Assembly: GCA_963773815.1 (NCBI GenBank)
Contig: CAVZCI010000016.1
Span: 13,569 to 77,568, forward strand
Source of the DNA: an uncultured Acidobacteriota bacterium
GTDB lineage: Bacteria; Acidobacteriota; Thermoanaerobaculia; UBA5066; DATFVB01
Direction: 5' to 3'
DNA: 64,000 bases
The first letter of the stretch is position 1. Each line of letters starts with the position of its first letter. A program made the position numbers and the translations under genes. The notes beneath the pieces are model-generated. The model made no database searches. It was given only the letters and a program-made list of their open reading frames with translations, and was not told where the DNA came from. This document shows, piece by piece, positions 32,389-45,651 of the stretch.

Positions 32389-33009
32389 TCAGGTCTTCGT
32401 CTCGTCGTGCGCCGAGGAGGCCGCGACTTTGACGAAGGCCGGGCGCAGCAGCCGGTCGTTCAGGTAGTAGCCTTTCTGCAGGACCTGGAGAATCTCGTTC
32501 GGATCGTGGTCTTCGCTCACGGCCCGCGCAACGGCCTCGTGAATGTTCGGATCGAACGGCCCGTCGGTCGCGACCTCCGTCAGGCCCCGTTTCTTGAGAG
32601 CGTCGGTGAGCTGGCGGTAGATCAGCGTCACGCCCTCGCGGTACTCGTCGTCGGCCGCGTCGCTGTGGGCGAGCGCGCGTTCGAAATTGTCGAGGACCGG
32701 CAGGACGTCGCGGAAGAAATCGGCGAGCGCGAAGCGGAAATAGTCCGACTTCTCGCGTTCCGTCCGCTTCTTGAAGTTCTCGAATTCCGCGAGTTTGCGC
32801 AGCTGCGCGTCTTTGAGCTCCTGGATCTGGCGCCCGGCGGCCTCGAGCTTCGCGCGAAGGCCTTCCTCCCCGGCGGCCAATTGCTCCGCCTCGTGCTGGG
32901 ACAGGATCTCTTCGAGCGATTCCGTCGGGGGCTCGACGATGACGACGTCGTCCCGCAACGAATCGTCGTCGCGAGCCTCCGGATCAGGACGATCCCGGCG
33001 ATCGGTCAT
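32389..33009 (-). CDS. grpE: nucleotide exchange factor GrpE
   Basis: Contains [14 protein letters not shown] and ...FDPNIHEAV...[16 protein letters not shown]. Confidence 0.93.
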   Translation of the reverse strand: MTDRRDRPDPEARDDDSLRDDVVIVEPPTESLEEILSQHEAEQLAAGEEGLRAKLEAAGRQIQELKDAQLRKLAEFENFKKRTEREKSDYFRFALADFFRDVLPVLDNFERALAHSDAADDEYREGVTLIYRQLTDALKKRGLTEVATDGPFDPNIHEAVARAVSEDHDPNEILQVLQKGYYLNDRLLRPAFVKVAASSAHDETKT

Positions 33010-34081
33010 CTTTGGGCTTCCCTCCTTCGGACCCCTTTTCCAGTCTTTCGGAAAGGGTCCGACCCAGAAATTCTACCAGCGGAACGACCCGGGGATACGA
33101 CATTCGAAGCGATCCGATGATCCCCAGGACCCCCTGGGGACGATGCTCTCCCCCGTACCGGGTGACGACGGCCGAGATCGGCTTTCCGGAGGTGAGATGG
33201 CTTTCCGACCCGATGACGATCCGGGGGCCTTCCCCCTCGAGGCAGCGGTCGAGAAGCTCGACGAGATTCGCTCTCTCTTCGAACGCCTGGTAGACGCGTT
33301 TGATGCTTTCCGGCTGGGCGAACTCCGGCCGGTCGAGCAGGAGCCGGGCACCCTCGGTGTACACGTCGTTCTGTTCCGAAGTGGAGAGCGCGCGGCGCGC
33401 GAGGTCCAGGGTCTCGAAGAGAACCCGGTCGAACCGGGCGCGCTCCTCCTGCATCGCGAGCGTCACGCGGTTGCGCATGGCGACGAGCGTCGAACCTCCG
33501 AACTCCGCGGTGAGCTTCCTCCCCGCGCGCTCCAGCGCCGCGGCATCGAGCCGGCCGCCGGTCTCGATGAGGCGGGTGAAGACGAGGTCCCCTTCCCCGA
33601 CCTGGATCGCGAGCGCCTTGTCGCGGCCGATCGGCACGAATTTCAGCTCCCGGACGACGGAATGCCTCGCATCCGGCGCGACGACGATGCCGACCTCTCC
33701 GGAAAGACGCGACAACAACTTCGAGACCGCCGGGTAGAGCAGGTTCGGGTCGTGCCCGGCTCCCGAAAGATCGAGCGCGACGAGCTCCTTCGTGTTCGAG
33801 CTCACGTCTTTCGGCTTCATGAGGCTCCGCACGTAATGCCGGTACCCTTTGTCGGTCGGCACCCGCCCGGCCGACGTGTGCGGCTGGGTGAGATACCCCG
33901 CGTCCGTGAGGTCGGCCATCATGTTCCGGAGCGTCGCCGCCGAGCTGTGGAATTTCGTCAGCTTCGCGAGCGATCGGGAGGACACGGGCCGGCCCGTTTC
34001 GGCGTGGATGCGAATGATCTCCCGCATGACCTCGCGGGCCCGTTCGTCCATCGGCTCTTTGGGTTTCGCGGAGGATTGCAA
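32984..34081 (-). CDS. hrcA: heat-inducible transcription repressor HrcA
   Basis: N-terminal wHTH (...[11 protein letters not shown]...[35 protein letters not shown]) and first position in the chaperone operon. The TTG start is preceded by AAGGAG. Confidence 0.9.
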   Translation of the reverse strand: [365 protein letters not shown]

Positions 34082-34133
34082 CCCGGTCTCCTTGCGCGTT
34101 CGCGCGACGTGCTAGATTGGAAGCTTAACCGAA

Positions 34134-34922
34134 ATGCGATCGACACCGGCCCCTCCGCGCCGCCTCCGGGTCGGAATCCTCGGCCTCGGCAGGGCCGGAA
34201 AGGCGCTCCGCAACTCGCTGCGGGCGGCCGGCCATTCGGTCTCCCCTCTCCCGCGCGGATCCGCGCCGCCGCGCGGAGACTTCGACATGATCGTGCTCGC
34301 GGTTCCCGACGACGCGATCCGCGGGGAAAGCCGGCGCCTCGCCCGCGAGGGAGCCCGCTGCCGGGTCGCGATGCACCTGTCCGGCGCCCTCGATTCTTCG
34401 GCGCTTGCGGCTCTCGGGAAAACGGGAGCGAGCGTCGTTTCCTTCCACCCCCTGCGCAGCTTCTCCGGCAAGCGCGGAGAGAGCTTCCGGGGATGTTCCG
34501 TCGCGATCGAAGGAGAACCGCCGGCGGCTCGGACCGCCCGCCGCCTCGCCCGGGAGCTCGGCGCGGCCCCCTGGAGCGTGTCTCCGGAGGCGAAGCCGCT
34601 CTATCACGCGGCGGCCACGCTTGCGGCGGGGGGAACCGCGGCGCTCGTCGCGGCCGCGTCTGTCGCCGCCTCCGAGGCGGGGCTGCCCGCGCGGGCCGCT
34701 CTGCGCGAATTCGCCGCCCTCGCGGCCTCCGCCGCCGAGAACGTGCGCCGGCTCGGCTTCCCGGAGGGCGCGACCGGTCCGCTGGTCCGGGGCGACCGGG
34801 CGACTCTGAAGCTCCACCGGCGGGCGCTCGCGCGCCAGCCGTCGCTTCGGCGGCTCTACCTCGAGCTCGCGCGAGCCTATCGGAAGTTAATGGTCGTTGA
34901 CCGGCCCCCGGGGCGACACTAA
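34134..34922 (+). CDS. Rossmann-fold / DUF2520 domain protein (predicted NAD(P)-dependent oxidoreductase)
   Basis: Contains VGILGLGRAGKAL, PLYHAAATLAAGG and TGPLVRGD..TL..H, as recalled for DUF2520 proteins. Confidence 0.6.
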   Translation: MRSTPAPPRRLRVGILGLGRAGKALRNSLRAAGHSVSPLPRGSAPPRGDFDMIVLAVPDDAIRGESRRLAREGARCRVAMHLSGALDSSALAALGKTGASVVSFHPLRSFSGKRGESFRGCSVAIEGEPPAARTARRLARELGAAPWSVSPEAKPLYHAAATLAAGGTAALVAAASVAASEAGLPARAALREFAALAASAAENVRRLGFPEGATGPLVRGDRATLKLHRRALARQPSLRRLYLELARAYRKLMVVDRPPGRH

Positions 34923-34964
34923 AATACCCCCGTCGCTCAACTTCTCGTTGGAGCAAAGGTTTCG

Positions 34965-36332
34965 ATGGTTTTTTTCAACTATGCCACGATGCAGATGGCG
35001 GCCAAGGTCGTTTATTACGGCCCGGGGCTCTGTGGAAAAACCACGAACCTGCATCACATCTACGGCAAGACGTCTCCGACCTCCCGCGGGGAGATGATCT
35101 CGCTCGAGACCGAGACCGACCGAACCCTCTTCTTCGACCTCCTTCCGATCGACGTCGGGATCATCGGCGGCTTCAAAACCCGCCTCCAGCTCTACACCGT
35201 TCCGGGACAGGTCTTCTACAACACGACGCGCAAGCTCGTCCTCCGGGGCGTCGACGGCATCGTCTTCGTCGCCGACTCGCAGCGCGCGATGAAAGACGCC
35301 AACGTGGAGAGCTTCCAGAACATGGAGTCCAACCTCGGGGAAATCGGCCTCACGTCGAGCGACATCCCCCTGGTCCTGCAGTTCAACAAGAGGGACCTCT
35401 CGAACATCCTTCCCGTTCCGGAGATGATCGATTCGCTCGATCCGACGCGACAGTTTTCCTACCTCGAGGCGAGCGCCCTGCGCGGGGACGGCGTCTTCGA
35501 GACACTCAAGGAGATCTCCAAGCTCACGCTCAAATCCCTGAAACGCAAAATGATGGGCGAAGATCGCCCCGTTTCGCGCCCGGCGGCGTCCCGCCCGAAG
35601 GCGGCGCCGGCCGCCGCGACCGAGCCTCCTCCGCCGGCTCCCCTGCCGCCCGCGGAGGAGCCGAAGATTTCGCTGTCGGACCTGAGGGCCGACGCCGAAG
35701 CCGCGGCATCGGCGCTCGCGGAACAGCTGGAATCGGACGGATTCTTCGAGTCCGCCGAGACGGTCGGCGAAATCGCTCCCGACGTCGAGCCGGTCGAGGA
35801 GGATTTCTCCGCCCCCGTCATCGAGTTTCTCTCTCCCTCGGACGAGTCGCCGATGCCGGAGGCAGATCTCTCCGCGGCGCCCCCGGCGGCGGCTCCCGCG
35901 CCGGCTCCCGAAGAGCCGGTCCAGATCGACTTCGAGCAGGCCGCCGTGCCCTCCACGGGAGACGTGGTTCGCCACGTGAAAGTTCGCTCCAACGTGGACA
36001 TTCTCTCGGAGCTGGAAAAGCTGCGAAAGAACGCGACGCTCAAGCCGATGCCCGAGACCGCCCCGCCGCGCCGCCCGACGGCGAGCGAAATCTCCCTCGA
36101 CGATCTGCTCGCTTCGGGGTCGAACCACCGCAAGGAGGTCCAGCGGCTCGTCGAAATCGACATGAAGAAGAAAGAGCTCAACCGCGCGAGCCGGATCGTC
36201 GTCTCGCTCCGCCTCGACGATCCCAAGAACAAGGTGATCGGCGAAGAGCGAAGCTACGACATCGACTTGAGCGACATGAAAGACGTGGAGAAACTGCTCG
36301 TGTCTTTGAAGCTCCACGTGAACGGAAAATAG
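34965..36332 (+). CDS. mglA: MglA-type Ras-like GTPase with a ~260-aa C-terminal extension
   Basis: Residues 1-195 carry YYGPGLCGKTTN (P-loop), TETDRTLFFD (switch I), YTVPGQVFY (switch II) and NKRD, collinear with Myxococcus MglA. A Pro/Ala/Glu-rich linker and a ~120-aa unassigned C-terminal region follow. Confidence 0.85.
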   Translation: MVFFNYATMQMAAKVVYYGPGLCGKTTNLHHIYGKTSPTSRGEMISLETETDRTLFFDLLPIDVGIIGGFKTRLQLYTVPGQVFYNTTRKLVLRGVDGIVFVADSQRAMKDANVESFQNMESNLGEIGLTSSDIPLVLQFNKRDLSNILPVPEMIDSLDPTRQFSYLEASALRGDGVFETLKEISKLTLKSLKRKMMGEDRPVSRPAASRPKAAPAAATEPPPPAPLPPAEEPKISLSDLRADAEAAASALAEQLESDGFFESAETVGEIAPDVEPVEEDFSAPVIEFLSPSDESPMPEADLSAAPPAAAPAPAPEEPVQIDFEQAAVPSTGDVVRHVKVRSNVDILSELEKLRKNATLKPMPETAPPRRPTASEISLDDLLASGSNHRKEVQRLVEIDMKKKELNRASRIVVSLRLDDPKNKVIGEERSYDIDLSDMKDVEKLLVSLKLHVNGK

Positions 36333-36343
36333 CGTACAATCCC

Positions 36344-38005
36344 ATGGTGCGGCCCAGCCGGCCCGGCCTTCCACGCGCTCTCCCGACTGTGGCAGCGACC
36401 CTGCTTTCGCTGGCCCTTTCTTCCTGCGCGCCCGTTCAACGGCCGAAACTCGCAACCATCGCGGTCCCCGCGCCTCCGTCCGTGCCTTCCCTGATCGAGC
36501 GGGCGAGCGACTTTTTCTATTCCGGAAAGAGGGCCGCCCTTTCCGGCGACTTCGCCTGCGCCGAAAGTGAATTTCAGCTCGCTCTCAACGCCGTCGTCCC
36601 TCCCGCCGGGCCCCGCCCGGAGGCTTCCGATGTGACCGAGTTCTCCGCCTCGCTGTACGAGAGCATCCGCCGCTACGAGGCGATGGCCCAGTCCTCCGCC
36701 GAAGCCGAGCCGCAGGAAGCGCGCGAGACGCCCGACGAGCTCGTCGGGGTCTCGGATCAGAATTCCCCGGCGGACCTCGCCCTGGCGAGCGAGGAAGTGA
36801 AGACCGACGACCGCGCGTCGGCGTTCGACCTTCCGGTCGCCGTCAACGAGCAGGTCCTGAACATGGTCGCGAGCTTTACGTCCCGGCCGGGAGTTCGCCG
36901 CCGCTTCGAAGAAGGCCTTCAGAGGGCCGGCCGGTACATGCCGATGATCCGCGCCGTCCTCGAACGCGAAGGGCTTCCGAAGGATCTCGCCTACGTCGCA
37001 ATGATCGAATCGTCGTTCAAGACCCGGGCCCGGTCGCGGGCGCGGGCGCAGGGCGTCTGGCAGTTCATCGGCGCGACCGGACGGCGCTACGGGCTCCACC
37101 GGACCGCCGCGGTGGACGAACGTTCGGATCCGGTGAAGGCGACGGAGGCGGCGGCGGACTATTTCAAGGATCTTCACGAGATCTTCAACGACTGGTACCT
37201 CGCGATGGCGGCCTACGACGCCGGCGAAGGACGGGTCGCTCGCGCGATCGCGAGGACCGGGGCCGAAACCTACTGGGAGCTCTGCCGCCTCGGGGCGCTT
37301 CCGAAGGAAACCCGCCTTTACGTGCCGTCCGTGATCGCCGCCGCGCTGATCGACAAGAACCAGGCGCACTACGGTTTCCACGTCGCGCCGGAGGCTCCGG
37401 TTTCGTTCGAAACGGTGCGGCTGAACAAGCCGGTCAGCGTCCGCCGGCTCGCCCAGGTTTGCCGGCTCGACGCCGACGAGCTCCTGGATCTCAACCCGGA
37501 GCTCCGGGGATCGACGACGCCGAAGACCCCGTCGGGATACGAGTTTCGCGTTCCCGTCGGCGCGGCAACGATCGTCAACGCCCGACTCGGCCAGGTCCCG
37601 GCCGCGGCGGCCCCGGCCCTGCGGCGGCACCGCGTTCGGAAGGGCGAAACCCTCGCGAGGGTGGCGCGCCGCTACGGCGTCTCGCTCGCATCGCTCGCCG
37701 AAGCGAACGACCTCAGCACCCGCGCGCGCCTCGCCCCGAGGCGGATGCTCGTGATTCCCGAGCGGGAGGAGGCTTTCGCCTCGCGCCGGCCGAAAAAACG
37801 GGACAGCCGGCGAACCGCCGAGGCGAGAGAGCCGGCGCGCGCGCGAGCCCGCTCCGCCTACAACGTCCGCAAGGGAGACACGCTCTTCTCGATCGCGAAC
37901 TCCCACCACACGACCGTCCAGAAGCTTCGGGAATGGAACCGCCTCGACGCGAGCAACGCGATCCAGCCCGGCGACCGCCTGAACCTCGCGCCCGCGAACC
38001 GCTGA
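36344..38005 (+). CDS. mltD: lytic murein transglycosylase (MltD-like lipoprotein) with two LysM domains
   Basis: Lipobox LALSSC. SLT motifs AMIESSF, GVWQF and AAYDAGEG. Two C-terminal LysM repeats (VRKGETLARVARRYGV..., VRKGDTLFSIANSH...). Confidence 0.85.
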   Translation: MVRPSRPGLPRALPTVAATLLSLALSSCAPVQRPKLATIAVPAPPSVPSLIERASDFFYSGKRAALSGDFACAESEFQLALNAVVPPAGPRPEASDVTEFSASLYESIRRYEAMAQSSAEAEPQEARETPDELVGVSDQNSPADLALASEEVKTDDRASAFDLPVAVNEQVLNMVASFTSRPGVRRRFEEGLQRAGRYMPMIRAVLEREGLPKDLAYVAMIESSFKTRARSRARAQGVWQFIGATGRRYGLHRTAAVDERSDPVKATEAAADYFKDLHEIFNDWYLAMAAYDAGEGRVARAIARTGAETYWELCRLGALPKETRLYVPSVIAAALIDKNQAHYGFHVAPEAPVSFETVRLNKPVSVRRLAQVCRLDADELLDLNPELRGSTTPKTPSGYEFRVPVGAATIVNARLGQVPAAAAPALRRHRVRKGETLARVARRYGVSLASLAEANDLSTRARLAPRRMLVIPEREEAFASRRPKKRDSRRTAEAREPARARARSAYNVRKGDTLFSIANSHHTTVQKLREWNRLDASNAIQPGDRLNLAPANR

Positions 38006-38013
38006 CGCGCGGA

Positions 38014-38038
38014 AGGCCGGCTTTCTCGCCGGTCTTGT
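38014..38038 (+). terminator. possible intrinsic terminator after mltD
   Basis: The hairpin GGCCGGC-tttctc-GCCGGTC (7 bp including one G-U pair) is followed by TTGTG. The U tract is weak. Confidence 0.3.
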
Positions 38039-38125
38039 GAACCGCCCCGGGATAGGCTAAGCTTTCCGGGTCCTCAGCGAACAATTTCGCATCGGTCCGT
38101 TCTTCGGCCCTCCGAAGGAGGAACC

Positions 38126-39658
38126 ATGCTGTCCTGCGTCTATTCCGCCGCCATCGACGGGCCCGACGCCCGCATCCTCGAAGTCGAGGCCGACGTCTCC
38201 CAGGGTCTCCCCTCTTTCTCGATCGTCGGGCTCCCCGACGCGGCCGTTCGCGAGAGCCGGGAAAGGGTTCGCGCCGCCGTCCGCAATTGCGGGTTCGACT
38301 TCCCCCCGAGGGCCGTGACCGTCAACCTCGCGCCGGCCGATTGGAAGAAAGAAGGCTCCGCGCTCGATCTCGCCGTCGCCGCCGCGCTGCTCTCGACCTC
38401 CGGCGTTCTTCCCGCGGACGGGAAGCGGCGCGTGCTCGTCGGAGAGCTCGCGCTCGACGGGACGGTCCGGGCGGTTCGGGGCGCGCTTGCGATCTCCGCG
38501 GCCGCGGCCGACGGGAAATTCGACGAGCTTCTGGTGCCCTGCGAGAACGCGAAGGAGGCCGCGCTCGTTTCGAATATTTCGGTGATCGGAATCGCCTCGC
38601 TGCCCTCTGCCGTGGCCCATCTCCGGGGCGACGCTCCGCTCTCGCCGGAGCCGGTCGGAGACCTCGAGGAATCTTCCGCGGGCTTCCGCGACGATTTCCG
38701 CGACGTCGCGGGCCAGGCGGTCGCGAAGCGGGCCCTCGAAATCGCCGCGGCGGGCGGCCACAACATCCTGCTGTTCGGCCCGCCGGGATCGGGAAAGACG
38801 ATGCTCGCCCGCCGCCTGACGACGATCCTTCCGCCATGGACGCGCGAGGAGGCGATCGAGGCGACGCGGATCCATTCGCTCGCCGGAATGCTCCGGGCGG
38901 GCAGCGGGCTCCTCGGCGAGCGGCCGTTTCGATCGCCGCACCACACGATTTCCTTCGCCGGCATGATCGGCGGCGGCTCGCACCCGAAGCCCGGCGAGAT
39001 TTCGCTCGCGCACCGGGGCGTGCTGTTCCTGGACGAGCTGCCGGAATTCCACCGCGACGCGCTCGAAGTGATCCGCCAGCCCCTGGAGGAGAAACGCGTG
39101 ACGATCGCGCGGGCGAGCGGCGCGAGCGTGTTTCCCGCGCAATTCGTCCTCATCGCGGCGATGAACCCCTGCCCGTGCGGCTATCTCGGCGATCCCCGGC
39201 GGGCATGCCGCTGCTCGCTTCACGCGATCGCGCGTTACCGATGGAAAATCTCGGGGCCGCTGATCGACCGCATCGACCTGCACGTGCGGGTCCCGGCGGT
39301 TCCGTTCCGCGAGCTCGATTCCGGCCGGGCCGGTGAGTCGTCATCGACGATCCGGGGGCGGGTCGTGAAGGCGCGGGCTCTCGCGGCGGCCCGCCTGCCC
39401 GAGCGCATCGCCTCCTGCAACGCGGAGATTCCGGCGGTTTCGCTTCGGCGGCTCGCCTGTCCGTCGTCGGAGGCCGTTGCGATCTTCGAGTTCGCCTCGC
39501 GAAAGATGAGCCTGTCTGCCCGGGCGATCCACCGGGCGCTCAAAGTCGCCCGGACGATCGCGGATCTCGCAGATTCGGAAAGGGTTGAGGCTCCGCACGC
39601 GGCCGAAGCGATCGGGTACCGCGCCCTCGACCGGATCGTGCCCGATGCCCAGATTTAG
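38126..39658 (+). CDS. comM: YifB/ComM family Mg-chelatase-like AAA+ ATPase
   Basis: Lon-like N-terminal domain (VEADVSQGLPSFSIVGLPD), Walker A GPPGSGKTM, and ...GVLFLDELPEF. 510 aa. Confidence 0.9.
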   Translation: MLSCVYSAAIDGPDARILEVEADVSQGLPSFSIVGLPDAAVRESRERVRAAVRNCGFDFPPRAVTVNLAPADWKKEGSALDLAVAAALLSTSGVLPADGKRRVLVGELALDGTVRAVRGALAISAAAADGKFDELLVPCENAKEAALVSNISVIGIASLPSAVAHLRGDAPLSPEPVGDLEESSAGFRDDFRDVAGQAVAKRALEIAAAGGHNILLFGPPGSGKTMLARRLTTILPPWTREEAIEATRIHSLAGMLRAGSGLLGERPFRSPHHTISFAGMIGGGSHPKPGEISLAHRGVLFLDELPEFHRDALEVIRQPLEEKRVTIARASGASVFPAQFVLIAAMNPCPCGYLGDPRRACRCSLHAIARYRWKISGPLIDRIDLHVRVPAVPFRELDSGRAGESSSTIRGRVVKARALAAARLPERIASCNAEIPAVSLRRLACPSSEAVAIFEFASRKMSLSARAIHRALKVARTIADLADSERVEAPHAAEAIGYRALDRIVPDAQI

Positions 39659-39930
39659 TGTCCCGGAACGGAAATAACTGTTGCGGCGCGCCAGCGGCTT
39701 GCGGGCGAGATCAAGGCGCTGCGAGGGGACAGATGCCGTAGCGATCGGACCCGAGCTGCAACGCCGAGATCGCCCGCAATGTGCTGACGCCCAAAGGGTT
39801 CGGGCGGCGTCAGGCCGTCTGCTTCGTTGCCACTCCTCGACGATGCTTCGGCATCGCCTGCGTCGCGCCGCCTCGCATCCGCCCCGACGGCGCTCCGAAC
39901 GCCGCTCCAGCTATTTCCGTTCCGGGACAC
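39658..39930. repeat. 273-bp imperfect palindrome with 23-bp near-perfect terminal inverted repeats (MITE-like element or long-hairpin RNA)
   Basis: GTGTCCCGGAACGGAAATAACTG at 39658-39680 matches the reverse complement of CAGCTATTTCCGTTCCGGGACAC at 39908-39930 at 22 of 23 positions. The arms stay partly complementary inward, to an apical hairpin CTGACGCC(39784-39791)/GGCGTCAG(39806-39813). Confidence 0.6.
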
Positions 39931-39935
39931 TGGGG

Positions 39936-39963
39936 TTGACACCCGCTCGGACCCGGTTATACT
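39936..39963 (+). promoter_or_regulatory. sigma70-type promoter for the M23 peptidase gene
   Basis: TTGACA (39936-39941), a 16-nt spacer, then TATACT (39958-39963). It lies about 68 nt upstream of the ATG at 40031, and the RBS GGGGAGGAG is present. Confidence 0.55.
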
Positions 39964-40030
39964 GCCCGAGCTTAGGCCCCGGCCGCACATCCCGAATTCT
40001 CGACTCTCGAAGGGGAGGAGACTCGACACG

Positions 40031-40888
40031 ATGGCCCGGAAGTACAACACGATCATCTTCGTCCCCCATGCCCGGGCGAAATTCCGGAAGCTGAAGATCT
40101 CGAGCGAGTTCCTGTGGAGTGTTGCCGGAGCGGGACTGCTCCTTCTTCTCACGGCAGTCACGTTCACGACGCTGTTCTTCGTTTCGGCCCGGAAAGACCG
40201 CCAATACCGCAAGACCCTCGTCGAGAACGAGCGCCTGAAGTCGAGCGCCGAAAAGATGACCGCCCGGCTCTCGCTGCTCTCCAAGAAGCTGGACGACTTC
40301 GAGGAACGGACCCGCCGGCTCGCGATCGTGGCCGGAATGCCGACTCTCGCGGACTCGGGACGGGGAGGAGTCGGCGGAGCGATCCCGGAAGGGGAAAGCG
40401 CTTCCTTCGACCTCGTCGGACGAGGAAAGTCCCTCGGCGACCGGCTCGCCCTCCTCGAAAAGTCGATCGCCCGGCAGAACGGCCTTCTCGCGGGGACTCC
40501 GTCGATCGAACCGGTGCGCGGCCTCGTCACGTGCGGCTTCGGCGAGAGAAGCGATCCGTTCACCGAAGAACCCGCGTTCCACACGGGCCTCGACATCTCG
40601 AGCCAGCGCGGCCACCCGGTCGCGGCGTCGGCGGACGGAACGGTCGTCAAGGCGGGCTGGGAGAACGGCTACGGCCGCTGCGTGGAGATCGCGCACGGAA
40701 TGGGCCTCCGGACGCTGTACGGGCACATGGACGAGATCCGCGTCATCGAAGGCCAGCACGTTTCCCGCGGCGACGTGATCGGCGTCGTCGGCACGACCGG
40801 GCGCTCGACCGGGCCTCACCTGCACTACGAGGTCCGCCTGGACAATCGGCCCGTCAACCCTCTCCAATACATCCTCGACAACCGCTAA
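40031..40888 (+). CDS. M23 family metallopeptidase with N-terminal TM anchor and coiled coil
   Basis: Contains HTGLDI, GYG..VEIAHG and GRSTGPHLHYEV motifs. Starts at MARKYNTIIFVPH. Confidence 0.85.
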   Translation: MARKYNTIIFVPHARAKFRKLKISSEFLWSVAGAGLLLLLTAVTFTTLFFVSARKDRQYRKTLVENERLKSSAEKMTARLSLLSKKLDDFEERTRRLAIVAGMPTLADSGRGGVGGAIPEGESASFDLVGRGKSLGDRLALLEKSIARQNGLLAGTPSIEPVRGLVTCGFGERSDPFTEEPAFHTGLDISSQRGHPVAASADGTVVKAGWENGYGRCVEIAHGMGLRTLYGHMDEIRVIEGQHVSRGDVIGVVGTTGRSTGPHLHYEVRLDNRPVNPLQYILDNR

Positions 40889-40940
40889 CGCAGCAAGCGG
40901 CGCGATAGCTTCGCTGCGAGGCTCCTGCTCGCCTCCGGAG

Positions 40941-40965
40941 CCCTGCGACGTACTTGTTCAGTACG
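40941..40965. repeat. hairpin motif CCCTGCGACGTACTTGTTCAGTACG
   Basis: The stem CGTACT/AGTACG is visible. A closely related copy lies at 55030-55053. Confidence 0.45.
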
Positions 40966-41166
40966 CCTCGGGCCCCTCCGGCTGCGCGGGAGCCCTCTCG
41001 CATCGCTCTCGCGCCGCCTCAAGATCGGCCGGCTCGGACTGCGTGCGACCTCTCTCGCGTCGGTCTCGCCCGGTCGCTCGGTGCCCTTTCACGCCGCCTT
41101 AGAATCGAATACGCTCGCGCGCCCGTCTGGCTCGCCTCTCGTCGCGCCTTCGTCCTGTCATTGCGA

Positions 41167-41194
41167 GCGAAGCGAAGCAATCTGCCCCGGCGCC
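41167..41194. repeat. REP-like hairpin unit (GTCATTGCGAGCGAAGCGAAGCAATCTG), opposite orientation
   Basis: Reverse complement of the unit at 6172-6205 and 28628-28661, 6 nt shorter. It lies in the 370-bp region upstream of secA. Confidence 0.6.
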
Positions 41195-41239
41195 AGGGCG
41201 GAGGCGCTTTTGCGGCAGGGAATCGTTCTGGTATCTTAG

Positions 41240-45577
<4,338 letters not shown>

Positions 45578-45651
45578 GGCTTCAGCGCGGCGGCAACGCG
45601 CTGGGTCAAACGCATCAAGGCCGACCCTCGGATTGCTCCGACAATTGCCCT

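Noticed and set aside
35550-36332. An MglB (Roadblock/LC7) or PilZ domain hidden in the MglA extension
   Set aside because: By eye there is no Roadblock-like pattern. The candidate RxxxxR ... DLSDMK spacing does not match the PilZ RxxxR / D-x-S-x-x-G motifs. This needs profile searches to settle.
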